The position numbers were made by a program, and so were the translations under genes. Shown here one piece after another: positions 20,283-28,989 of a stretch of DNA of 64,000 nucleotides. This stretch comes from Opitutia bacterium (lineage in GTDB: Bacteria > Verrucomicrobiota > Verrucomicrobiia > Opitutales > Opitutaceae). The notes beneath the pieces are model-generated. The model was not told the origin of the DNA. It worked only from the letters and a program-made list of their open reading frames with translations, and ran no database searches. The stretch is from assembly GCA_947453695.1 (NCBI GenBank), contig CANGHW010000005.1, positions 43,091 to 107,090 of the forward strand, in the 5' to 3' direction. How positions within the stretch are numbered: position 1 is the stretch's first letter; every line of letters starts with the position of its first letter.

Positions 20283-21563
20283 TTACACTGACCGGCCGGT
20301 GCTGTTGCCAAAGGAGTTGGTCTCGACGCCCATGCGTTGCGCGATGTCCACGTAGAGATTGCAGAGGGGCACCTTATTCGGGCCGGAGGACGGGATCTTC
20401 TTGAACTCGCCATGGCGATAGCCGCCGCCGGCGAGGAGAATCGGGAGATCGGAATTCTTGTGCGTGTTGGCGTCGCCGATGCCGCTGCCGAACAGGACGG
20501 ACGTAGAGTCGAGCAGGGTGCGGTCGCCGTCTTCCATCTTAGAGAGGCGCTGGACGAACTTGCCGAAGTGCTCGATCTGGTAGGACTCGAGCGTGATGAG
20601 GTGCTTGATGGCGGCCTCATCGTTGCCGTGGTGGGAGAGGCCGTGGTAGGCCTTGTCGATGCCGAGGTCCTGCGGGAGGAAGTCGCCGCCGATCTCGAGC
20701 GTGGCGATGCGCGTCGAGTCCGTCTGCAGCGCCAGGGCGAGCAACTCGTAGAGCATCGGGAGGTCCTGGACCTTGTTCTTGTTCTCCGGGCGGTTGAAGG
20801 GCGGCTGCGGCTTGGGCAGGCTGGCCCAGCGCTGGCGGAGCTCGAGGCGCTTTTCGACGTCGCGGATCGAAGTGAAGTATTCGTCGAGCTTTTCCTTGTC
20901 CTCGCGGTTGACCTGCTTGGAGAGGCGGTTCGCGTCTTCTAGGCCGGAGTCGAGAATGGAGGCCTGCAGGCGGTTTTCCTGGTGGCGCTTGGCCTGGCGG
21001 GACGCGGAGTCGCTCACGAACAGGCGGTCGAACAATTCAGCCGGGCCGGTGATGGGCGGGACGCGCACGCCGGCCTTGGTCCAGGCGATCTGGCAGCCGC
21101 CGTGGATGCCGCCCTCGGAGCCGACGGTGAGCGAGGGGAAGCGCGTCTGGTGGCCGATCTCGTCGGCCATGAACTGGTCGATGGTGACATTGCCCAACGG
21201 GCGGGCCTGCGCCTCGGAGTTAAGGACGCCGGAGAGGAAGGAGTGGACCGCGAAGTGGCCGCCCTTGATGCCGTGATCGAGGCCGCGGTAAACGGTCAGG
21301 TGCTTGCGCACGTCCCAGAGGGGCTTGAGCAGCGTGGTCTGCTCATAGGCGGAGCCGGTCGTCTCGGGAAACAGGTGCTTCACCTGATAGCCGAGGAGAT
21401 TGCCGATCGCGACGAAACGGCGCGCGCCGGCGCCCGCGCCCTTGGCGGTCTGCACGGCGGAGTTGCCACCCACAGCGCCGGCCAACAGCGAAGGGAGCGA
21501 GGGGAGGGCCAGCGTGGCGCCGAGGGATTGGAGGATGAAACGGCGCCGGTTGATGGGATTCAT
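20283..21563 (-). CDS. DUF1552 family protein (twin-arginine N-terminus)
   Basis: MNPINRRRFILQSLG, TIDQFMA..TRFPSL, KLDEYFTSIRDVEKRL, LALQTDSTR, YHGLSHHG, LPILLAGGG. Confidence 0.9.
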   Translation of the reverse strand: MNPINRRRFILQSLGATLALPSLPSLLAGAVGGNSAVQTAKGAGAGARRFVAIGNLLGYQVKHLFPETTGSAYEQTTLLKPLWDVRKHLTVYRGLDHGIKGGHFAVHSFLSGVLNSEAQARPLGNVTIDQFMADEIGHQTRFPSLTVGSEGGIHGGCQIAWTKAGVRVPPITGPAELFDRLFVSDSASRQAKRHQENRLQASILDSGLEDANRLSKQVNREDKEKLDEYFTSIRDVEKRLELRQRWASLPKPQPPFNRPENKNKVQDLPMLYELLALALQTDSTRIATLEIGGDFLPQDLGIDKAYHGLSHHGNDEAAIKHLITLESYQIEHFGKFVQRLSKMEDGDRTLLDSTSVLFGSGIGDANTHKNSDLPILLAGGGYRHGEFKKIPSSGPNKVPLCNLYVDIAQRMGVETNSFGNSTGRSV

Positions 21564-21878
21564 GCTCAAGAAGGGGGAGAGGGGAGGGGCGGGACGCTGG
21601 GAGCTGCCTTGGAAACGGGCGGTCACGTGGCGACACGCGGCAGACGTCCGGGGGCAGAGGGTGGTTGCGTGTGAAACTCAAATCGCGGTTCGGTGGGGAG
21701 CGAGGAAAAACCCGGGGAGGGAGCGGGACGGAGCGGGAGTAAAGGAGGGACGGGGCGAGGGAGAGAAGGAGAGAGGGGGAGCCAGAGGGAGGTGGAGGAG
21801 ACGGAGGGCGGAGGGCGGTGGCGATGGGTTAACGGCGATTAATGTGATGGTTGCGCAGGCGTGGACGATTGGGGGGAG

Positions 21879-22151
21879 CGATCTGGCGGCGTGGGTAATC
21901 GAGCTGACGGTCTGGTAAATCGATCTGGTGGTCTGGTATATCGAGCTGGCGAGGTGGGGAAACGAGCTGGCGGGGTGGGGAAATGGGCTGGCGAGGTGGG
22001 GAAACGATCTGGCGGTCTGGTAAATCGAGCTGGCGAGGTGGTTTTTCGGTCTGGCGGTCTGGTTTTACGATCTGGTGGCGTGGTTTTTCGAGCTGGCGGT
22101 GTGGGGAAACGAGCCGGCGGTCGGGGAAAACGGGCTGACGAGGTGCGGATA
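21879..22151. repeat. Degenerate tandem array, 13 x 21 bp
   Basis: Units such as CGAGCTGGCGAGGTGGGGAAA and CGATCTGGCGGTCTGGTAAAT at an exact 21-nt period, with no spacers. Confidence 0.9.
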
Positions 22152-22358
22152 TGCGCAGACAGGGTGCGAGGGGAGGGGAAACGCCGGGAGAGTGAAGCCG
22201 GACGGACGGTGGGAGGGCTGCAAAGAAGCTGGAGTCACCCGGGAGCGAATAAGGGGCGACGTTGCGCCCCGAGGCGCGCGTGGGGTGGCGCGCCGTCGCG
22301 GGCAGGTTCGTGCGGAAATAGCTTTTGCCCGCGGATGTTTTGCGGCGGAATTCCGGGC

Positions 22359-23357
22359 ATGAGAATACCCCGTCTCCTGCGTTTCGCGTGCTTAGTCGGA
22401 GTGGTCATGGGCGCGGGGGCGCGGGCGGGCGCCGAGGTGACGCTCACGAAGGCCGAGGATCGCGTGCGCGTGGAGATCGTGGGAAAGCTGTTTACGGAAT
22501 ATATCTTCCGGGGCGCCTACCGGCCGTATTGTTATCCGGTGCTTTCGGCGGATGGGACGGGGCTCACGCGGGATTTTCCGATGAAGCAAAACACGGGGGA
22601 GGATGAAAACCATCCGCACCACCGCTCCCTGTGGTTCGCACACAGCGATGTGAACGGCGTCGATTTCTGGAATCAGGACATGCAGGGCAGTCCGCGGCCG
22701 AAGGGCAAAATTGTGCACGTCGCACTCACGGAGGCGGCGAGCGGGAAGGACACAGGCGTGCTGCGCGCGACGAATCAATGGGTGGCGCCGGATGGCCGCG
22801 TGTTTTGCACCGATGAGCGCACGATCCGTTTCGGGGCCAGCGGGGCGGACCGCTTCATGGATTTCGAAATTACGCTGCGCGCGCCGGCCGACGCGCCGGT
22901 AAAGCTCGGCGACAACAAGGATGGCGGGATGGCCGTGCGCGTCGCGCAGTGGATGAATCTCCCGCGCGCGCCGGGCCCGGGCCGCGCCTACACGGGCGGG
23001 CAGGGGCACATCGTGACCGAGCTAGGCGCACGCGATGGCGCGGCTTGGGGCAAGCGAGGGAAGTGGTGCGACTACCACGCGGAGCACAACGGCCAGACCT
23101 ATGGCGTCGCGATCTTCGATCATCCGCAGAATCTACAACACCCGACCTGGTGGCACGCGCGCGACTACGGCGTGTTTTCCGCGAACCCCATCGGCTGGCA
23201 CGACTTCGAAGCGCGGACGACGAAAGCCGGCGCCGGTGATACCACGATCGCCGCCGGCGGGAGCCTTACCCTGCGCTACCGGCTCCTATTCCACTTCGGC
23301 GACGAGAAGGTGGCGAGAATCGCGGAGCGGTATGCGGAGTGGGTGAAGGAGAAGTGA
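22359..23357 (+). CDS. Secreted PmoA-like/DUF6807 family protein
   Basis: Signal peptide MRIPRLLRFACLVGVVMGAGARA; RPYCYPV, HPHHRSLWFAH..VNGVDFW, KDGGMAVRV, GVAIFDHPQN..PTWWHARDYG. Confidence 0.8.
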   Translation: MRIPRLLRFACLVGVVMGAGARAGAEVTLTKAEDRVRVEIVGKLFTEYIFRGAYRPYCYPVLSADGTGLTRDFPMKQNTGEDENHPHHRSLWFAHSDVNGVDFWNQDMQGSPRPKGKIVHVALTEAASGKDTGVLRATNQWVAPDGRVFCTDERTIRFGASGADRFMDFEITLRAPADAPVKLGDNKDGGMAVRVAQWMNLPRAPGPGRAYTGGQGHIVTELGARDGAAWGKRGKWCDYHAEHNGQTYGVAIFDHPQNLQHPTWWHARDYGVFSANPIGWHDFEARTTKAGAGDTTIAAGGSLTLRYRLLFHFGDEKVARIAERYAEWVKEK

Positions 23358-23409
23358 GAGAGGAGCGACGGAGATAGAGACAGAGAGTGGGAGGCACTCT
23401 AGGCTTCGG

Positions 23410-24345
23410 CTAGCTTAGCAACTTCACTACGACTACTATCGCAACGACGACTATAATTAAGCCTAGGAGCACGGAACTACCGCTAGAATTTTGCTGAGCT
23501 TTGATCTGATCTATCAGAGCCGATGCCTGCCACTTTCCGAGCGAATCGATGACCGCCTGATCTTTGAAACCTAGACTCCAAATTAGGTCTTTTTGTTTTA
23601 GCGTCGCTTTACCTTCGTAGGGTTGACGTGCGGGCAGGCAAATTTCGTAGACAGTCTGCCCCTCCTTAACTTTGTGACCCGCGAGCGCTTGATGTAATTT
23701 TTCGTCAGTGGCTTTTTTCGCGGACTGCGGTGAGCCCGGCGGCTCTGATTCTGAGGATTCGCGCTCCGCAAGCAGTCTCCCGATGGTCTCTGAGGCATCT
23801 CGCTTCGTGGCATCGGGCGAAACGGTGCCACCCAGGTCTTCAATAAACTTCAATTGCGCTTTTGTCGGAGATTCTTCGGCTCCTGACGTGCGGCGGCTTT
23901 CCCAGACTTGTCGCTTTGCTTCGCGCGACGCCTCTGATTCCGCTTCCTCACGTGCCTCCATCTCGGCCTCGGCCTTTTTACGGGCCGCTTTGGCAATCGC
24001 GCGATCTGCCGCGGGAAGAATTCGTTCCAACGCCAATTGTAGACGACCGAGCTCCCACGGCAATATTTCCCCGCCTATAGTATAGCGCTGAACTTCTTCG
24101 CGGACATAATTTAGAGCTGGCAAGTCGCTTTCGCCACATGCCTCAAGCCATTGCTTGAGTGCGAGAGCTTCGGTGGCGTCGAGCTTCCCATCTGCAAGGA
24201 GATTGTTGGCGTTCTCACAGAGCGCGCGACCGAAACCTGCAGCCGCTTCCTTCGATGTCAGGACAACGCGTTTCCGAGATTCTGGGGGCGTGGGGTCCAA
24301 AGGCATAGGGTCTAGTTCATTCAGCGGAATTCCTCGTTTCATCAC
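23410..24345 (-). CDS. Hypothetical protein: helical N-terminal domain, two internal repeats, C-terminal TM anchor; AT-richer gene
   Basis: 311-aa ORF; repeats PTKAQLKFIEDLG..TKRDASETIGRL and ATLKQKDLIWSLG..GKWQASALIDQI; C-terminal VLLGLIIVVVAIVVVVKLL; start uncertain. Confidence 0.7.
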   Translation of the reverse strand: MMKRGIPLNELDPMPLDPTPPESRKRVVLTSKEAAAGFGRALCENANNLLADGKLDATEALALKQWLEACGESDLPALNYVREEVQRYTIGGEILPWELGRLQLALERILPAADRAIAKAARKKAEAEMEAREEAESEASREAKRQVWESRRTSGAEESPTKAQLKFIEDLGGTVSPDATKRDASETIGRLLAERESSESEPPGSPQSAKKATDEKLHQALAGHKVKEGQTVYEICLPARQPYEGKATLKQKDLIWSLGFKDQAVIDSLGKWQASALIDQIKAQQNSSGSSVLLGLIIVVVAIVVVVKLLS

Positions 24346-24569
24346 AAGGATGTTGCGGCTATTTGCTTACACTAGCGGTGCGAAGTTCTGACGTGAAGAA
24401 TTTTGTCCGGATTCAAAGCCGTTGAGCTGCGCGTTTTTTCGTTCCATGCCGTCGATCGAGCGCGCGATGGAGGCTCCATTTCCGTTGGCCGAAACAGCGT
24501 CTCCGTGCCGCATGAATTCAAGATTATTCGGAGGAAGTCCCTTGCGGGTCTCAGCTGGGATAAACGTCT

Positions 24570-25424
24570 TTACCGCAGCGTGTGCATCACGAGATGTTGG
24601 CGCCGCGTTTCGAATCCTTGGTCGGGCCAGGTCGCCGCGTAGGCGAGCATGGCCTGTTTGCCGGCTTCCCAGTCGAGGCCGTTGACCCGACAGTCGGCCA
24701 CGAGGCCTTTGTCGGGATAACGCGCCGCATACAGACGAACCGCGAGGAGGTCCGGCTCACGCAGCTTCTCCTTCATCGTCTCCAGCGTGTGGGTGAAAAA
24801 GCAGCACGGGCAAAATGGATGCGCCTCATCTGCGGCAACCGGCGCGGTGATTTGCCGGGATACGGGGCCGAGGAGCACGCGGCGGGGTTGTGGCATGCCG
24901 AGGGGACCGTCGGAACGTTCGAAGCTCACGCTCGAACACTCGCGCAGCTGGTCGCTCGCCAAGTCCACAAAGACCGGCAAATCGATCACCGCGAAGTGCT
25001 CGAATCCTTGCGCGAAGGTCTGTGCCACGTCGTGACCGGCCGCGTGCTGGTATTCGAAGACTCCCTGAGGAAACAAATCCGGATGGGTGACTTCAATCGT
25101 CGTGGTCGTGAGCCAGTGCCCGGCGGGCTGGCGCTGGGCGCTGACGATGCGCGGCTGGAGCACGAGGCCGCGTTTCAGCTCAAGCCATGCGGCCCGCTCC
25201 TTCACCTCAATGCCGCGCCGGCGTAGCACGCCCGCGAGGCAAGCGACCGCGTGGACGTGGCCGACCTGCCCTGTCTTCGCGTCGAGGCGCAGCTCGACCG
25301 CGCAGCCGGGGTTGATAGCGCTCGTCACCGGCTCCGGCGTGTGCTTGAAGAGTTGTCCAAACAGGCGGGGAAGCACGGTGGATAAACAAACCTGTGCCCA
25401 CGCGTGGCGTCGACGGCGAAACAT
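24570..25424 (-). CDS. DUF6348-like protein
   Basis: VFEYQHAAG, IDLPVF, HPFCPCCFF, ADCRVNGLDW..YAATWP..RRQH; start uncertain. Confidence 0.65.
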   Translation of the reverse strand: MFRRRRHAWAQVCLSTVLPRLFGQLFKHTPEPVTSAINPGCAVELRLDAKTGQVGHVHAVACLAGVLRRRGIEVKERAAWLELKRGLVLQPRIVSAQRQPAGHWLTTTTIEVTHPDLFPQGVFEYQHAAGHDVAQTFAQGFEHFAVIDLPVFVDLASDQLRECSSVSFERSDGPLGMPQPRRVLLGPVSRQITAPVAADEAHPFCPCCFFTHTLETMKEKLREPDLLAVRLYAARYPDKGLVADCRVNGLDWEAGKQAMLAYAATWPDQGFETRRQHLVMHTLR

Positions 25425-25496
25425 CAGCGGACGAGGCGAACATTGGCGTGCATCCGGCGCTTGCCGGCGGGGCCGACCTCGGCCAATTGAATTGGC

Positions 25497-26000
25497 ATGG
25501 GATGCCTCGGCGTTCATTTCGCGCTCACGGAAAACGAAGTCGCCAAGCTCCGGGCATTGGAAAGCGACGCGGACCAGCTGGCTTACCTGATGGAGGAACT
25601 TGAAGAGGATTATTTTGCCCATCACTCGTCATTTATGGCTCAATCAGACAAGGCGTGGGACGCGATGCACCGCAGCTTGTCCGACGGACAGCTCAGCTAC
25701 ACCGCGGGGCCCCATCCGGAGCGTCTCGCGGCGATAGGCGGAGAGCCGCTCTATGCCGAAGACGACTACATCATGTCGCTGAAAACGCCCGCTGAGGTCA
25801 AAGCTGTGGCGGAGGCGCTCGCGCGGATAACGCGGGAGGATTTTCGTCGCCGCTACGACGCGATGGATGCGGTCGCCTACGGTTGTCCAAAAAACGACGA
25901 CGACTTCAACTATACGTGGGAGTGGTTTGGCGGGGTGGCCGCGTTGTTCCAGCAGGCCGCTAAGCATGGTCGCTACGTGTTGTTTTCGGCAGATCAGTAG
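25497..26000 (+). CDS. YfbM/DUF1877 family protein
   Basis: MGCLGVHFAL, SDKAWDAMHRSL, TPAEVKAVAEAL, YTWEWF..LFQQAAKHGRYVLF. Confidence 0.85.
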   Translation: MGCLGVHFALTENEVAKLRALESDADQLAYLMEELEEDYFAHHSSFMAQSDKAWDAMHRSLSDGQLSYTAGPHPERLAAIGGEPLYAEDDYIMSLKTPAEVKAVAEALARITREDFRRRYDAMDAVAYGCPKNDDDFNYTWEWFGGVAALFQQAAKHGRYVLFSADQ

Positions 26001-26012
26001 AGGGTGGCTACC

Positions 26013-27077
26013 ATGGCGCAATCAGACGATGAATCCGCGCCCGGCTGGGATGCCATTGATCGCGCCCTCGCGCCGATCTACGGTGGCAAGGAGCCGCGGC
26101 ATTTCGGCACGTTGATTCGTTACCGCCTCGGTGGGCCTGATCCTCTGGATGGAATCAGCGCCTACGACCGCGATACGCCTGTGCCTCACTGGCATTTTGT
26201 CACGTATGGTTTCACCGACCTCTATGGTCCTGAAAATGGTGTCGCGGACCAGAATGGCTACGGTTTCGAGCTGACACTGCGAATCACTCGCTCTCCCAAC
26301 GAAAGCGAGCCGCCAATGTGGGCGCTTAATTTTCTACAGAACTTAGCGCGCTATGTGTTCCGAAGCGGAAATATACTGCGCGTTGGCGACCACATGAACT
26401 GCAACGGCCCGATCGCGTTGGAGAGCGAAACTTCGCTACATGCCGTGGTCTTCGCTTACGACCCCGAGTTGGGTGAAATCGTCGCGCCTCACGGCAAAGC
26501 GAGGTTCCTCCAAGTTGTGGGGATCACGCTCGACGAATATGCAGCGGTGCAATCGTGGAACTCCGCTGGCTTTATAGAACTGCTGCGCCAGAGCTTGCCG
26601 TTATTGTGCACGGACCTCGTGCGCGGTTCGGTTCTCAAGGAAGTGGCTACGGCGGCCGCAGTGCAACGTGGCATTGTAAACGACGGTTCGAGCACTGGGC
26701 TCCTTTTCGTTTCGCCGCTTTTGTGGGAACTTCGGGGTGGGCTAGTGCGGCGTCAGTCGGTGAAACTTACACTCGGTGCAGGGCAAATTGAGATTATCGC
26801 TGCAGTGTTACGTGGCCGTCTCGGGCATGGACGAGCGCTTTGTCTTCGTGGCCAAGATTTCTCGGTGGATTTTGTTGGCGGCGAGCAATGTGGTTTTTCC
26901 GCAAAAGAGGATAAGTTAGAACTTCGGCTGACACCAGAGGCGGTTCTCGAACTTTTCGAACGCCTGCAGCCGCGCGCCGAATCGTTTGGTCTGAGTCGAT
27001 TCCCAGAGCTACAACTGGTGATCAAGGGAACAGAAATGCGGGATGCAAACGGTGCCGTCGTGAAAACAATCGGGTAA
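26013..27077 (+). CDS. Suppressor-of-fused (SUFU) domain protein with C-terminal extension
   Basis: APGWDAIDRAL..GGPDPLDGISAY..PHWHFVTYGFTDLY..GYGFELTLR..PPMWA..LQNLARYVF..GDH..FLQVVGITLDE..WN. Confidence 0.9.
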   Translation: MAQSDDESAPGWDAIDRALAPIYGGKEPRHFGTLIRYRLGGPDPLDGISAYDRDTPVPHWHFVTYGFTDLYGPENGVADQNGYGFELTLRITRSPNESEPPMWALNFLQNLARYVFRSGNILRVGDHMNCNGPIALESETSLHAVVFAYDPELGEIVAPHGKARFLQVVGITLDEYAAVQSWNSAGFIELLRQSLPLLCTDLVRGSVLKEVATAAAVQRGIVNDGSSTGLLFVSPLLWELRGGLVRRQSVKLTLGAGQIEIIAAVLRGRLGHGRALCLRGQDFSVDFVGGEQCGFSAKEDKLELRLTPEAVLELFERLQPRAESFGLSRFPELQLVIKGTEMRDANGAVVKTIG

Positions 27078-27119
27078 GCTTGCCTGATTCGTGGAATACT
27101 TGGGGATCGGGTGCCGGCG

Positions 27120-27530
27120 CTACTTCTCCTCGTTGAGCCCGCCGGTTTTCACCGCTTGTTTTACGAGGGCCATTGCGGCGGGGAGGTTGAGGTCTTCGAG
27201 TTTCTTGAAGTTGATGCAGCTGCGGCCGGTTTTCACTTTGCCGAGCTTGGCGGCGTTTTGTTCGGCGAGGTAGCCGCCTTGGTCGGCGGAGCAGATGTGG
27301 AGGCTGTAGTAACTTTTGCCGGCGGCGAGTCCGATGAGGAACCAGTCGCCCTCGCGGCCGCTGGCGGATTTGTAGCGGTATTTGCCGTAACCGATGATCG
27401 GCGGCGAACCCATGCCGGACACGAGTTCGACGGGGAGTTTGGGCACGGCTTTCCGAATCGCGGTGTGGACGGCGAGCATCACGGCGCGGCGATCGGCGGG
27501 GAGGCTCGCGAGGAATTCGTCAGGGGTCAT
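27120..27530 (-). CDS. DUF1801 (YdhG-like) protein
   Basis: IIGYGKYRYKSASGREGDWFLIGLA..KSYYSLHI..LGKVKTGRSCINFKKLEDL. Confidence 0.85.
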   Translation of the reverse strand: MTPDEFLASLPADRRAVMLAVHTAIRKAVPKLPVELVSGMGSPPIIGYGKYRYKSASGREGDWFLIGLAAGKSYYSLHICSADQGGYLAEQNAAKLGKVKTGRSCINFKKLEDLNLPAAMALVKQAVKTGGLNEEK

Positions 27531-27766
27531 GGATTTCACGGCGGCGTAGGGGGTTCCAGGCGAAGCGCGGACCAGGGAGGGTGCGGGGGCGTGAGAGCAG
27601 CTAACGCGAGCCGGGCCGGGGCAGGCAAGCCCAGTGGACGGAGGATGTTCACTTTAAAGACACGACACACACGAAGATAGACGTGGCCGAGGCGCTGGCC
27701 CTGTTTTCGTTGGCCATTGGGATAAAAGGATTGGCCCGACGCGAGGCGTTGCGCCTGACTGGGCCG

Positions 27767-28351
27767 ATGGAACTCTACTTCATGCGGCACGGCGAAACGG
27801 CGTGGTCACGCACGGGACAACATACGGGAAAAACCGACCTGCCGCTGACCGAGCATGGCGAGACGGAGGCGCGGGCTCTGGCGGGACTGCTGCAGGGCGT
27901 GGAGTTTGATCAGGTTTTCACCAGCCCGCTGCAGCGGGCGGGACGCACGGCGGAACTTGCGGGGCACGCGGGCGCGGTGGTGGAGCCGGATCTCGCGGAG
28001 TGGGACTATGGTGACTACGATGGGCAGCGGCTGGATGAAATCCGCGCGGTGCGGCCGGCGTGGGATATTTACACCGACGGCTGCCCCGGAGGGGAGTCGC
28101 CGGAGGAGATCACCGCGCGGGCGGATCGCCTGATCGCGCGGTGGGCGGCGCTGCCAGGGCGCGTCGGGGCGTTTTCACACGGGCACTTTGGGCGCGTATT
28201 GGCGGTGCGGTGGATCGGACTGCCGCTGGGCCTGGCCAAGCACTTTGCGATCAATACGGCTTCGTATGGCGTCCTCGATCGTGATCCGGGGCGGGGAAAT
28301 CGCGCTCGAATCGTGCAATGGAATATCGCGGCACCGCTGGTGCGGGGGTGA
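27767..28351 (+). CDS. Histidine phosphatase (phosphoglycerate mutase family)
   Basis: RHGETAWS, SPLQRA, EWDYGDY, GESP, FSHGH. Confidence 0.92.
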   Translation: MELYFMRHGETAWSRTGQHTGKTDLPLTEHGETEARALAGLLQGVEFDQVFTSPLQRAGRTAELAGHAGAVVEPDLAEWDYGDYDGQRLDEIRAVRPAWDIYTDGCPGGESPEEITARADRLIARWAALPGRVGAFSHGHFGRVLAVRWIGLPLGLAKHFAINTASYGVLDRDPGRGNRARIVQWNIAAPLVRG

Positions 28352-28419
28352 GGCGAGTGACAAGAGGGGCGACGAAACGGGGAGTGTTGAACGCGGGAAG
28401 ACGGGTGGATCGGAGGGAT

Positions 28420-28449
28420 TTACCGCTCAACAGACGAAAGACACGAAAG
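28420..28449 (+). repeat. Short-period intergenic motif, degenerate copy (family also at 31776, 36752, 40429)
   Basis: TTAC-CGCTCAACA-GACGAAAGA-CACGAAAG. Confidence 0.4.
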
Positions 28450-28565
28450 TCGGAACAGGAGGCGGGATCACGGGACCCGTGGAGGGCGTGCAGGAAGGAA
28501 GTGAACGCGGTGACTCAGGCTGGCATTTGGCGGCGCGGTGTGCAGGTTGCGCGACTGCACTGGAT

Positions 28566-28808
28566 ATGAATCCCCACTCTCTCACTCCTCGCGTGCGCGC
28601 TGCGTTGAAGCAGCTGGCGGCTGGTCCGCAGGACATGCGTGACGAAGCACTGCTCAAGCAGATCAACGATGAGATGAAGAAACTTCCGGTGGAGGAAATC
28701 GCCTATGTGCGCGATCGCGTGCGGTTCTCGTGTCCGCCGTGTCCGATGGTGCAGTCGGTGGTCCTGATGCTGGATGGGTTGATCGAGGTGAAGAATCTGA
28801 AGTTCTGA
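28566..28808 (+). CDS. Small hypothetical protein (80 aa)
   Basis: ATG 28566; GC3-rich codons; helical; contains CPPCP. Confidence 0.6.
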   Translation: MNPHSLTPRVRAALKQLAAGPQDMRDEALLKQINDEMKKLPVEEIAYVRDRVRFSCPPCPMVQSVVLMLDGLIEVKNLKF

Positions 28809-28989
28809 GGAAGGCGCGGAGAGCTGAGCGCTAAAAGTTTGGAGCGGAGCGTGCGAAGCTCGCGGCTCGGGCTGTGGTTTGCGTTCGGTGGATGGCGAGT
28901 GCGAGGAGCGGAACAGCGGTGCACTTCCCCGGCCGGCACACGGGATTTGGGCTCGCGAGAGCAGCGAGTGCAGAGGAAGGCTGCGGGCT

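Noticed and set aside
21879..22151. 21-bp array as a CRISPR array
   Set aside because: Units are contiguous and degenerate with no unique spacers, and there are no cas genes in the window.
22359..23357. Particulate methane monooxygenase
   Set aside because: The PmoA-like family name is misleading. This is a soluble secreted protein with no TM helices and no pmoB/pmoC.
24367..24513. 48-aa minus-strand ORF MRHGDAVSANG..
   Set aside because: Short, with no motif or supporting signals; likely chance.
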